A stretch of DNA of 64,000 nt from Syntrophaceae bacterium UBA7520 (GTDB taxonomy: Bacteria > Desulfobacterota > Syntrophia > Syntrophales > Smithellaceae): assembly GCA_002478265.1 (NCBI GenBank), contig DLNC01000009.1, forward strand, positions 3,452 to 67,451, read 5' to 3'. Positions 29,830 through 40,891 of the stretch are shown here, piece by piece. A program made the position numbers and the translations under genes. Under the pieces are notes generated by a model. That model was not told where the DNA came from and made no database searches. It saw only the letters and a program-made list of their open reading frames with translations. Every line of letters starts with the position of its first letter. The first letter of the stretch is position 1.

Positions 29830-30804
29830 ATGATTGAAGAAGTAAGGGATCGGCTCTACCGTATTGAGGTGCCCCTGCCCAACAGCCCGCTTAAAGAACT
29901 CAATTCGTTTGTCATCAAAGCAGATAACCGAAATCTCATTATCGATACCGGCTTTAACCGTGAAGTCTGCTGGGAGACAATGCAAAAAGGTCTGGCTGAA
30001 CTTAAAATCGACCTTTCCCGAACGGATTTCATGATCACGCACATGCACGCGGATCATTCCGGATTGGTCACGCGCCTGGCCACCGAAAACAGCAAAATTT
30101 ATTTCAGCAGGATTGACGCGAAGGTTTACGACAAAGACAACAGCTGGAAAGATATGATTGATTACGCGCAAATCAACGGCTTTCCTCCCGATGAGCTTAT
30201 GAAAGCGCTTCATAATCACCCCGGCTATAAATACAGTCCCAAAACAGTGCCGAAATTTAATTTAATCGACGACAATGATATCATCGAAATAGGAGATTAT
30301 CGCCTCAAGTGCATTGCCACGCCGGGGCATACCGAAGGGCATATCTGTCTTTATGATGAAGATAAAAAAATATTATTTTCCGGCGATCACATTTTATACG
30401 ACATCACCCCGCATATCGAATCATGGTCTTATCAGATAAACTCCCTCAAAAACTATATGGAGAGCCTGGACAAAGTTTACCATCTTCCGGTTGATATTGT
30501 TCTGCCCGGGCACCGCACATTCTTTAACGACCTAAAATCCAGAATAGATGAATTGAAGGAGCACCACTTAATTCGCGCCGACGAGGTAATGGATGTTTTA
30601 GGGCGCACGGAAAAAAACGCCTACGATATCGCCTCCGGCATGACCTGGGATATTGACTGTGAGAAGTGGGAAGATTTCCCTATCGCCCAGAAATGGTTCG
30701 CCACCGGCGAAGCCATCGCGCATTTGCGCTATCTCGAAAGCGAAGGGCGCGTCAAAAGAAAAACCGATAAAAATATCATTACTTTTTCCCCGGCAAATAA
30801 TTAA
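29830..30804 (+). CDS. Metallo-beta-lactamase-fold hydrolase
   Basis: IIDTG, THMHADHSG, TPGHTEGH, FSGDH, LPGH. Confidence 0.88.
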   Translation: MIEEVRDRLYRIEVPLPNSPLKELNSFVIKADNRNLIIDTGFNREVCWETMQKGLAELKIDLSRTDFMITHMHADHSGLVTRLATENSKIYFSRIDAKVYDKDNSWKDMIDYAQINGFPPDELMKALHNHPGYKYSPKTVPKFNLIDDNDIIEIGDYRLKCIATPGHTEGHICLYDEDKKILFSGDHILYDITPHIESWSYQINSLKNYMESLDKVYHLPVDIVLPGHRTFFNDLKSRIDELKEHHLIRADEVMDVLGRTEKNAYDIASGMTWDIDCEKWEDFPIAQKWFATGEAIAHLRYLESEGRVKRKTDKNIITFSPANN

Positions 30805-31021
30805 CCGAATAACAAAATCGCCGTCAGGCTTACTTGCCGGATATAGCGTAATTATTACGAATATCCGTTCGCTTCATTAAGTATTTATATAGCCGAAATA
30901 TAAGAGAATTTGACGCAGGCTGCGAGTGCCATGTTTATTATTGTCCATGATAAAATTCTATGATAAGCGAAAATAAAGCAATTCATTTTAATAAAATGAT
31001 AAACCAACATAAGGAGGGGGT

Positions 31022-31393
31022 ATGAAAAAAATTAATTTTTTAATTGCATGCATGATTGCTTTGTTTGTGGTAGCGGGAGCGGGAATTTGCCTGGCGCAAG
31101 ATAAAGTAGACCTGAACGGAACATGGGATTTGGATGTTAAGGCCGATTCCGGCCAGACCGGCGCGCCAATTTTTGTTATAAAACAGACTGGCGATAAATT
31201 AACCGGAACATACAAGGGATATTTCGGCGAGGCGCCAATGACAGGAAGCGTCAAAGGAAACACCTTCGAAATGACCTATACCATGCAGGGCCGCAAAACG
31301 ATTTACAAGGGAAAAGTTGAAGGCAATAAAATGTCCGGCGATATCGATTGGGACGGCGAGGAAAAGGGCAAATTTACCGGAGTAAAGAAATAA
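31022..31393 (+). CDS. Secreted small beta-rich hypothetical protein
   Basis: AGGAGG RBS, signal peptide, DLNGTW...LTGTY beta-barrel-like pattern. Confidence 0.75.
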   Translation: MKKINFLIACMIALFVVAGAGICLAQDKVDLNGTWDLDVKADSGQTGAPIFVIKQTGDKLTGTYKGYFGEAPMTGSVKGNTFEMTYTMQGRKTIYKGKVEGNKMSGDIDWDGEEKGKFTGVKK

Positions 31394-31447
31394 ATTTAGC
31401 TCTATACATAATTATAAGACAATAAGCTTTTCACAAGCAGCATGAAT

Positions 31448-31482
31448 AAAAAAGGTGCAATGATTAAAATTGCACCTTTTTT
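31448..31482. terminator. Bidirectional intrinsic terminator
   Basis: AAAAAAGGTGCAAT-loop-ATTGCACCTTTTTT between convergent genes. Confidence 0.85.
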
Positions 31483-31516
31483 CTTTTTTATATCAAGAAA
31501 AAAGTTTTTCTTATAA

Positions 31517-32197
31517 TCAAATCAATCCCTGGTTGAAAAATTTTTTAAATGTCGCGTCGATTGTTTTTACGGCGCCTTCCGCCTTGGCCTCGAAGTTTAC
31601 TTTGGTGAACGGAATTATTTGCTCCTCGGATTGAACGTAGCCCGCGTAATGCCTTTCCACGCCTTCCTCAATCATGATAATCGGCCGGTGGCCGAAGGCT
31701 AAAGCGGCGGCTTTTTCTTCAAGCACCCAGCTGTTGGCCGTATAATTTCCGTCTTTAAGCGCATGTTGACGGGTCATAATCGCGATAAAAAAACCGCTTT
31801 TCTTAATTTTCGCCAAAACGTCTGAAGAAATTTTTCCCAGATCACTGTTTTTTGCCGTAACCCAGAAATACTTTTGCCTTTCTATTATTTTCTTCAGGCT
31901 TTCCAAAAGCGGGTCTTCGGCAAACCGATGCGCCAGATAAATATGCTGATTCCTGGCGTAATTTGACTCGACGCCGGCAACCTTAACTCCTTCCTTGGTT
32001 TCAACAAGAGTTTTTTCTTTTTCCGTTATGGTATTGAGCAAAAGCGTGTAATAAGGCTGGCCGTTTTCGGAACTCAAATGAATTTTGGCCATTTTCAAAT
32101 CATCCAGCGGAATCGCCGCGATGGTGGAAAAATTACCCGTCTTTAAAGCTTCAGCGAACTTATTTTTAATCGTCAGATATTTTTCCGGAATTGACAT
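31517..32197 (-). CDS. Hypothetical protein with a C-terminal TIR-like domain
   Basis: IYLAHRF...IKKSGFFIAIMT...NSWVLEEKAAALAFG..IIMIEEGV follows the TIR/NDT-like flavodoxin pattern. Confidence 0.6.
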   Translation of the reverse strand: MSIPEKYLTIKNKFAEALKTGNFSTIAAIPLDDLKMAKIHLSSENGQPYYTLLLNTITEKEKTLVETKEGVKVAGVESNYARNQHIYLAHRFAEDPLLESLKKIIERQKYFWVTAKNSDLGKISSDVLAKIKKSGFFIAIMTRQHALKDGNYTANSWVLEEKAAALAFGHRPIIMIEEGVERHYAGYVQSEEQIIPFTKVNFEAKAEGAVKTIDATFKKFFNQGLI

Positions 32198-32354
32198 AAC
32201 AAATCATCCGCTTCAGTTGATGTGGTAAAAGATCTTATAACTTAATTCCCTGCTTTACGCTTATATTATCGGATAATTTTTTACCGCAAACAAGTACTTT
32301 TCTTATTCTAAAAGACACTTTTCCGGAACTCTTATTTCGCCAGGTTTAATTCAC

Positions 32355-32383
32355 TTGACACACAAAGTTCTTCTTTCTATATT
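32355..32383 (+). promoter_or_regulatory. Sigma70 promoter of the two-component genes
   Basis: TTGACA-N17-TATATT. Confidence 0.55.
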
Positions 32384-32480
32384 TGTTTTGCGGCACTTCT
32401 TCGCGTAATTGATTTTTTTCCTGGCACCAACGCCTAAGTATGGGCTTTTAAAATAAAAAACCGCCAAACCATACCATGCT

Positions 32481-34628
32481 ATGAAAGAAAAAAATCGCCC
32501 TAAAAAAGCAAAAATCGTCAAAATGAAAAAAAGTGAAAGTATCTGGGCGCGCGAAATTTTCCAAAGCGGCTGGCAAACCCTGCAGCATATTGTGGGAAGT
32601 TCTCCCATCCCCACTTTCATCATTGGCAAAGATCATCTGGTTATTTACTGGAACAAGGCACTGGAAGAGCTAAGCGGTATCAAGGCTAGTGAGGTGGTAG
32701 GCACAGGGCAGCAATGGCGCGCTTTTTATAAAACCGAGCGCCCCTGCATGGCGGATCTGCTTGTTGATGAATTTCAGAAAGATGTCCCCCGGTGGTACGC
32801 CGGTAAATATATCAAATCAAATCTGATTGACGGCGCTTATGAAGCGACGGATTTCTTTCCCGAATTGGGCAAGCGGGGGCGGTGGCTGCGTTTCACCGCC
32901 GCGCTTATCCGCGATGCCAAAGGAAACATTCTGGGCGCCATTGAAACGCTCGAGGACATCACGCAGGCAAAAAGAGCCGAAGAAGCCCTGATTAAGGCCC
33001 ATGAAGATTTGGAAATCAAAATAAAGGAGCGCACGCTTGACCTGGCCAAAACAAATCAGGCTCTGCAGGAAACTTCCGATCACTTGTCGCTTATTCTTGA
33101 ATCGCTGCCTATCGTTTCCTACACCTGCACAAGCGGAGATAAAAACATCAAATTTTCTTATGTCAGCAAGAGCGTTAAAGAAATTACCGGATACACCCCC
33201 GCCCAATTTACCTCCTCTTCTCTCTTCTGGCAGGAGCATGTGCACCCGGATGACTTGACAAGAATTTCCACGGAAATGGAATCCGTCACGCAAAAAGGAA
33301 CTCATACCTTCGAATACCGTTTCCTGGCGGATGACGGATCCTATCGCTGGTTTTCCGATCACCGGCGGCTGATCCGGCCGGGCAAGCGCGGGAAAAGCTA
33401 TATTGTCGGCGCCTGGCAGGATATCACGGAAGAGAAGCGCATGCGCCAGGAAGGCCGGCTACGCGTTCAACAAATGATGCATTCGCATAAATTAAAAGCC
33501 CTGGGTGAAGTCGTTGCCGGAGTCGCGCACGAGATAAACAACCCGGTAAGCTTCATCGCCAACAACATCCCCCTGCTGGAAGAAATGTGGAAAGCGATTG
33601 AGCCGATCCTAGCCAGCGACGGCGCCTCGCACACCGACTGGAGCGACAAAGGCATCAGTTATGTGGAAGTCTCCACAAACATGAAGGATATTATCGAAGA
33701 ATTTAAAATTGCCGCGCTGCGCATTAAGCGCGTCATCGCGGGGCTTAAGGATTTCGCCCGTACGGATGAAGTAGAAGAAAAGAAGCCTGTGCAGATTGAA
33801 GAAGTTATCAATGGCGTCCTGATCATTGTGGGCGCCCAGGTGCGCAAAACCGTCTCCCGCATCGATCTCTACATCGACAGTAATCTGCCACCCATTCAGG
33901 GGCATTTTCAAAAAATTGAGCAGGTCATTGCCAATTTGCTGATCAACGCCCACCAATCTATCCCGCCGGAAAGAAAAGGCAGAATTATCATTACCGCCAG
34001 AAAGCTGGAAAGGCTAAAAGCTATTTTAATTGAAATAGAAGACAACGGCATGGGCATGAAACAGGAATTGCTTGATCATATCTTTGAGCCTTTCTTCACG
34101 ACGCGCCGCGACAAGGAAGGAACAGGGCTGGGTCTTTCCATTTCTTATGGACTCGTCAAGGAACATAATGGGCTGATCAGCGTATTGTCCCGACCTGGTT
34201 TGGGCAGCCGTTTTTCCATCTATCTGCCTTTTGAAAATCAAAAAACTTTAGAATTGCACCCGGCAATACTCTGCCTAGACAGTGACACAAAATGGCTTAA
34301 CGAAATAAAAATCAGCTTAAATGGCGTTATCGATTGGCGCTGTGACGCCAAAGACACCATGGAAGATGTCCTTGCTTTTCTCGAAGAACATCCCGAGGTG
34401 GATTTCTTAATTTCTGAGATAAAGCTTCCTGCGATAAACGGCTGGGATTTATTAAAAAGAGTTAAAGAAAGATTTCCTCTTTTGCCCGCCATCCTTTATT
34501 CCGCAGATTCAACGTCATTGAAACAGGAAACCAAAACCGCGACAAAGCCGGATTTTTTACTGAAGAAACCTTTTAAAATATCTCAACTGCAGAATATGAT
34601 CCAGGAAATAGGAAGGCAGAAAATATGA
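32481..34628 (+). CDS. Soluble PAS-PAS hybrid histidine kinase with a C-terminal receiver-like domain
   Basis: Two PAS/PAC regions, H-box AHEINNP, N-box ANLLINA, DNGMG, FEPFFTT, GTGLGLS. No TM helix seen. Confidence 0.92.
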   Translation: MKEKNRPKKAKIVKMKKSESIWAREIFQSGWQTLQHIVGSSPIPTFIIGKDHLVIYWNKALEELSGIKASEVVGTGQQWRAFYKTERPCMADLLVDEFQKDVPRWYAGKYIKSNLIDGAYEATDFFPELGKRGRWLRFTAALIRDAKGNILGAIETLEDITQAKRAEEALIKAHEDLEIKIKERTLDLAKTNQALQETSDHLSLILESLPIVSYTCTSGDKNIKFSYVSKSVKEITGYTPAQFTSSSLFWQEHVHPDDLTRISTEMESVTQKGTHTFEYRFLADDGSYRWFSDHRRLIRPGKRGKSYIVGAWQDITEEKRMRQEGRLRVQQMMHSHKLKALGEVVAGVAHEINNPVSFIANNIPLLEEMWKAIEPILASDGASHTDWSDKGISYVEVSTNMKDIIEEFKIAALRIKRVIAGLKDFARTDEVEEKKPVQIEEVINGVLIIVGAQVRKTVSRIDLYIDSNLPPIQGHFQKIEQVIANLLINAHQSIPPERKGRIIITARKLERLKAILIEIEDNGMGMKQELLDHIFEPFFTTRRDKEGTGLGLSISYGLVKEHNGLISVLSRPGLGSRFSIYLPFENQKTLELHPAILCLDSDTKWLNEIKISLNGVIDWRCDAKDTMEDVLAFLEEHPEVDFLISEIKLPAINGWDLLKRVKERFPLLPAILYSADSTSLKQETKTATKPDFLLKKPFKISQLQNMIQEIGRQKI

Positions 34629-35992
34629 GAGTACTGATTGTTGACGATGAGGAGGTCGCCCTTAATTCCGTCAAACGGCTGCTGAGATGGCGGGGCATCA
34701 GAAGCGTCGATATCTGCGGCAACGGCAAAGAAGCCATCAACCGCATCAGGGAAAATGATTACGATATAGTGCTTTTGGATTTATTGATGCCGGATGTGGA
34801 CGGCCTGCAGGTCTTGGAAGCGACAAAACCTTATCGCCCGCACACGGAATTTATCATTCTTACGGCCATCGATGATATTCCCACCACAGTAAAGGCCATT
34901 CGCATGGGCGCTTATGACTATTTGGTCAAACCCGTTGATAACGACCTGCTATTCCTTTCCATTAAAAGGGCCTACGAACATCGCGGTTTGCTTATCGGCT
35001 TATCTGTAAGCGCGCGCGAAAATCAAAAAGAGGTGCCGGAAGCGTTTAATGAAATAGTCACGCAGTGCCCCCGCATGTTTTCTTTGCTTTCCTACGCGCA
35101 GGTAATGGCCGCCAGCGGAAATCCAGTGATGATTACCGGTGAATCCGGAACGGGCAAGGAGCTTATGGCGCGCGGAATCCACCGCGCGGGCGCCGCTCCC
35201 AAGGGCCCGTTTATTGCCGTAAATGTCAGCGCTATTCCCGCGACCATGTTTGAAAGCCAATTTTTCGGCCATGCCAAAGGCGCCTTTACGGGAGCCGAAA
35301 GCGCGCATCAAGGCTATTTCGAACAGGCGGACGGAGGAACGCTTTTTCTGGATGAAATAGGAGAACTGCCGTTGGCGCTGCAGGCTAAGCTTTTGCGGGT
35401 GCTGGAAGAAAAATCTTTTTATCCACTGGGCGCGGCCAAGCCGATCTGGGTCGATGTAAGAGTCATTTCCGCTTCCAACAGAAACCTAAACAAAGCCTGC
35501 CAGGAGGGAAATTTCCGGCTGGATTTATTTTATCGGCTCAAATCAGCGCATATTCATTTGCCGCCACTGGCGGAAAGACCCGGAGACATTCCCCTGTTGG
35601 CCAGGCATTTTCTTAAAAAGGCGTGTGCGCAGCACAAAAAAGACGTCCAGGGATTTTCTCCCGAAGCCATGGAATTATTAAACGGCAAAAACTATCCCGG
35701 CAATATTCGCGAATTGGCTCAGGTTGTGGAAAACGCCGTCCTCGTCGCCGACACTAATTTCATCACACCGCAGCATCTGGGCATGGCCCACACGGCGCTG
35801 TCGCCTTTTGCCCGTCAATTATGCACGCTGAAAGAAAATGATGAAGCGCATTTGGCTTTTGTTTTGATGAATACCAACGGCGACCGAAACCGCGCGGCGC
35901 AAACTCTGGGTATTACAGTCCGCCAGCTGCAAAGAAAAATTGCCGCGATGAAAAAAAATCCCCGCTGGGAATCGATCCTGCGCGACATTTAA
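34625..35992 (+). CDS. NtrC-family sigma54-dependent response regulator
   Basis: REC (VDDE, LLDLLMP), GESGTGKE, GAFTGA, LFLDEIG, C-terminal Fis-type HTH. Confidence 0.95.
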   Translation: MRVLIVDDEEVALNSVKRLLRWRGIRSVDICGNGKEAINRIRENDYDIVLLDLLMPDVDGLQVLEATKPYRPHTEFIILTAIDDIPTTVKAIRMGAYDYLVKPVDNDLLFLSIKRAYEHRGLLIGLSVSARENQKEVPEAFNEIVTQCPRMFSLLSYAQVMAASGNPVMITGESGTGKELMARGIHRAGAAPKGPFIAVNVSAIPATMFESQFFGHAKGAFTGAESAHQGYFEQADGGTLFLDEIGELPLALQAKLLRVLEEKSFYPLGAAKPIWVDVRVISASNRNLNKACQEGNFRLDLFYRLKSAHIHLPPLAERPGDIPLLARHFLKKACAQHKKDVQGFSPEAMELLNGKNYPGNIRELAQVVENAVLVADTNFITPQHLGMAHTALSPFARQLCTLKENDEAHLAFVLMNTNGDRNRAAQTLGITVRQLQRKIAAMKKNPRWESILRDI

Positions 35993-36017
35993 GTCATCTG
36001 TAACGACAAAAAGGTCG
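35983..36017. promoter_or_regulatory. Tandem enhancer-like palindromes (putative UAS)
   Basis: CGAC-ATTTAA-GTCA (35983-35996) and CGAC-AAAAAG-GTCG (36004-36017), 21 bp apart. Confidence 0.6.
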
Positions 36018-36250
36018 CGTATATCAAATATCTAATTTTATTGTTCTTTTGTTTATGAAAAGCACTCCGGGCGCGCCAAATCCGAAAATTTGATGACTTT
36101 GTTTTCACCCGAATCCGTAAAACATTTTTTCAAAAAAGCGATAATAAAAATATTTAACACTCCTTCGTCATGAACGAGTCTTAGCAATTCAGCGACCTTA
36201 CCAGCCCCTACCCGCCGTCATAAAAAGTGAATACCGGCCATTTTTCAAAA

Positions 36251-36266
36251 TGGCATAAGTGTTGCT
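36251..36266 (+). promoter_or_regulatory. Sigma54 (-24/-12) promoter
   Basis: TGGCAT-AAGTG-TTGCT matches TGGCAC-N5-TTGCW, 30 bp upstream of the first gene. Confidence 0.85.
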
Positions 36267-36295
36267 CCGTTATCAGTGCGTAAGGAGCCATATCT

Positions 36296-36769
36296 TTGAT
36301 GAAAGCTTTTGCCTCCAAACTGGTAGATTTAACCCAGAAAAACGCGGAGAAAATCGCGTGGCAGTGGGCGAAAGACGTAAAAACCAACCTTAAAACAAAT
36401 TCATACCATGACGCGCCGGAAGAAAAAATCATCAACCAGGCGTCAGAGTTCTACAAAAATTTTCAGGAAATGTTTTTTCACGAAGCGCCCTTTCAGCTTG
36501 CCGAAGATGTTTTCACAAAATACGCGCACGAACGCTACGCGGAAGGCGTCCCCCTGCACGAAACGGTCTACGCCATGATTCTGATGCGCCGCCACATCTG
36601 GCTTTACGCCGAGTTCCAGACAATATTTTCCGCCGAGGTGGAACACCGCAAAGCTGTGGAAAGCCTCAGTCGGACGATCCTGATGTTCGATTATATCATC
36701 TACATTATTTCCCGTGAATACTGGAAATTAATAAAAATGGAATTATCGAAGAAGGAAGGAAAGCATTAA
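36296..36769 (+). CDS. Soluble helical protein, RsbRD-N/HisK-N-type non-haem globin-like domain
   Basis: AEKIAWQW...YAHERYAEGVPLHE...MRRHIW...ILMFDY. Paralogue of the next gene. Confidence 0.6.
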   Translation: MMKAFASKLVDLTQKNAEKIAWQWAKDVKTNLKTNSYHDAPEEKIINQASEFYKNFQEMFFHEAPFQLAEDVFTKYAHERYAEGVPLHETVYAMILMRRHIWLYAEFQTIFSAEVEHRKAVESLSRTILMFDYIIYIISREYWKLIKMELSKKEGKH

Positions 36770-36825
36770 TCACCAATTTTTTAGCAACATTTTTTAAGAT
36801 TCAAGCGGGAAAGGAGGAATGAAGC

Positions 36826-37665
36826 ATGCAAGCTTACGCGGCAAAACTAATTAACCTTATCGAGAGCAAAGCGGAAAACATTGCCAAACAATGGGCGGCG
36901 GACGTGATGAAACATAACCGCACGCCTTCTTATCATTCTTTGTCCAAGGATCTGGTTGTTGAACAGGGAGTTAATTTCTATCGCCTTTTCCGTCAGATGT
37001 CCCTGGCGGAAGTCCCTTATGAAGAAGCCAAATCTTTTTCCTGGAAATACGCCGAAGAATTTTACCAGCAGAAAATACCCTTGCACGAGGCGCTCTACGC
37101 GCTTATTTTGATGCGGCGCCACCTCTGGCTTTACGCGGAATTTCAAGGGACATTTGTCACGGCGCTGGAAAAACAGCAGGCCGTGGAAAGCCTGAACCGG
37201 ACAATTCTGATGTTCGACTATGTATCCTATCAGGTTACGGAAAAATACCAGCAGCTGACCATGGAAGGAGTAAACAAAAAGCTGGGCATTGTGAAAACTT
37301 TTCTTATGGGCAAACTCATCGGCGGTATGAAAAATACCTACAAGCTTGCTTTTATGGCCGTCCTGCTGATTGCCGCTGGCATTCTGACATATTATAACCA
37401 TACCGCTGGAAAAGTCGTCGTTTTCACCCATCTGTTTTACATACCCATAATTCTGGCCGCTGTCTGGTGGGGCAAAAAAGGAATGCTCGTGCCGATATTA
37501 CTGGCGATTATCCTTATTGCCAGCCACTCGCTCTTTTTAAAAGACGCACCTTTCACGGATGATGTTATCCGCGCTGTGATGTTTATTATTATGGGCGGCG
37601 TTGTCGGCTGGCTGATGGACAGTGTAAAAAAACTGGAAGAGCTGTACGAACCATTCAAACTATAA
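36826..37665 (+). CDS. Globin-like domain fused to a C-terminal membrane domain (about 4 TM)
   Basis: N-terminus clearly homologous to 36296-36769; C-terminus FTHLFYIPIILAAVWWG (DUF4118-like). Confidence 0.6.
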   Translation: MQAYAAKLINLIESKAENIAKQWAADVMKHNRTPSYHSLSKDLVVEQGVNFYRLFRQMSLAEVPYEEAKSFSWKYAEEFYQQKIPLHEALYALILMRRHLWLYAEFQGTFVTALEKQQAVESLNRTILMFDYVSYQVTEKYQQLTMEGVNKKLGIVKTFLMGKLIGGMKNTYKLAFMAVLLIAAGILTYYNHTAGKVVVFTHLFYIPIILAAVWWGKKGMLVPILLAIILIASHSLFLKDAPFTDDVIRAVMFIIMGGVVGWLMDSVKKLEELYEPFKL

Positions 37666-39448
<1,783 letters not shown>

Positions 39449-39449
39449 T

Positions 39450-39818
39450 ATGCCGGAAATCAGAAGAACACCAAGTCAAAGACGCAGGCAAATCGCAGAC
39501 AGGTTTGCGCAAAAAGTAGCGCAAAAAGAAACGCTGCGCATCAGAGGGCTCAAGCATAAGGACGAAACAGTCTGGTTCGGCCTGGGCATGTTCGGCATTG
39601 TGGGATGGGCGATAGCCATCCCGACGCTGATCGGCATCGCCCTGGGGCTCTGGATAGACAGAACATGGCCTAGCCAGTATTCCTGGGCGCTGATGCTTTT
39701 AATAGCTGGTGTCGTTATTGGCAGCATTAACGCAACATACTGGATAAAGAAAGTGCGCAGCAGCATCATTGAAGAAGATGAAGAGGAAAGCGACAGCGAA
39801 AGAGGCGGCAATGAATGA
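39450..39818 (+). CDS. atpQ: N-ATPase AtpQ (AtpZ/AtpI-family) membrane protein
   Basis: VWFGLGMFGIVGWAIAIP...GLWID, two TM helices. Confidence 0.85.
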   Translation: MPEIRRTPSQRRRQIADRFAQKVAQKETLRIRGLKHKDETVWFGLGMFGIVGWAIAIPTLIGIALGLWIDRTWPSQYSWALMLLIAGVVIGSINATYWIKKVRSSIIEEDEEESDSERGGNE

Positions 39819-40104
39819 ATTTGGCATCCTAACCCCGATTATCCTGTTTTTAACCTTTGTCGCGGGATTAACATTGGGGGCAATTTATATCATGGGCCTC
39901 TGGCAGACAGTAAGAAGGTTGCCGGACAGCTCACACCCTCTCTGTTTAATGTTTGCCAGCTTTGCTGTCCGCGCCGCGATACTGTTAGTCGCTCTATATT
40001 TCATCATGGGCGGTTACTGGGAACGACTAGCCATGGCGGTAACAGGATTCATCATAATGAAAGTGCTGCTTACCCGTCGCTTCGGACTAAATAAGGCGCA
40101 GTAA
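39811..40104 (+). CDS. atpR: N-ATPase AtpR subunit
   Basis: GLTLGAIY..GLWQTVRRL...SFAVR, with the N-ATPase-typical Arg residues. Confidence 0.85.
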   Translation: MNEFGILTPIILFLTFVAGLTLGAIYIMGLWQTVRRLPDSSHPLCLMFASFAVRAAILLVALYFIMGGYWERLAMAVTGFIIMKVLLTRRFGLNKAQ

Positions 40105-40116
40105 AGAGGATTTCCC

Positions 40117-40860
40117 ATGGAAATTGTACAAATAAACCAAATCAGCCCTGATCAGGTGATTATCTGGAGTTGGGGTTTTATCAAAATCAACGCGACCATT
40201 CTTTACACATGGCTGGTGATGGCCATCCTGGTTGTGGGCTCCTGGTTGGTCACCCGTAATCTTTCCTCGGAAATTAATGTTTCACGCTGGCAGCATTTTC
40301 TCGAAGTGGTTATTTCCGTCATTCGCGGCGAAATCAATGAAATGGCAAAAAAGGGAGGGGATAAATATATTCCCCTTATCGGCACTCTTTTTCTGTTTAT
40401 CGGCCTGTCCAACATTCTGGTGGTCGTTCCCGGATTCGTCGCGCCGACTTCTTCCATCACCACGACCGCGTCGCTCGCCATTTGCGTGTTTGTCGCCGTG
40501 CCCATGTACGGCATTTCTCAAAACGGCCTTTTACACTACCTTAAAGAATATTTTCAGCCCAATTTTATCTTTTTCCCGTTTCACGTAATGGGGGAAATCT
40601 CCCGAACGCTGGCGCTTACCGTGCGACTTTTCGGCAACATCATGAGTCATGAAAAAGTTGTGGGGATATTGCTCGCGGTCACCCCTTTACTGTTTCCCAT
40701 CATCATGCAGGCATTGGGGCTTCTGATCGGCATTATTCAGGCCTACATTTTCGCCATTCTTTCGATGGTCTACATCGCTTCGGCGACAAGCGCACACGAG
40801 GAAGGGCATAAACATGAGGAATTGCATAAGGCGGAAGCAAGTCAAGGTATCGCAGCTTAG
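40117..40860 (+). CDS. atpB: N-type ATPase a subunit
   Basis: SRTLALTVRLFGNIMS, IQAYIF. Confidence 0.95.
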   Translation: MEIVQINQISPDQVIIWSWGFIKINATILYTWLVMAILVVGSWLVTRNLSSEINVSRWQHFLEVVISVIRGEINEMAKKGGDKYIPLIGTLFLFIGLSNILVVVPGFVAPTSSITTTASLAICVFVAVPMYGISQNGLLHYLKEYFQPNFIFFPFHVMGEISRTLALTVRLFGNIMSHEKVVGILLAVTPLLFPIIMQALGLLIGIIQAYIFAILSMVYIASATSAHEEGHKHEELHKAEASQGIAA

Positions 40861-40891
40861 CTAATAAAATTTTTTTAAAGGAGGAGTATAT

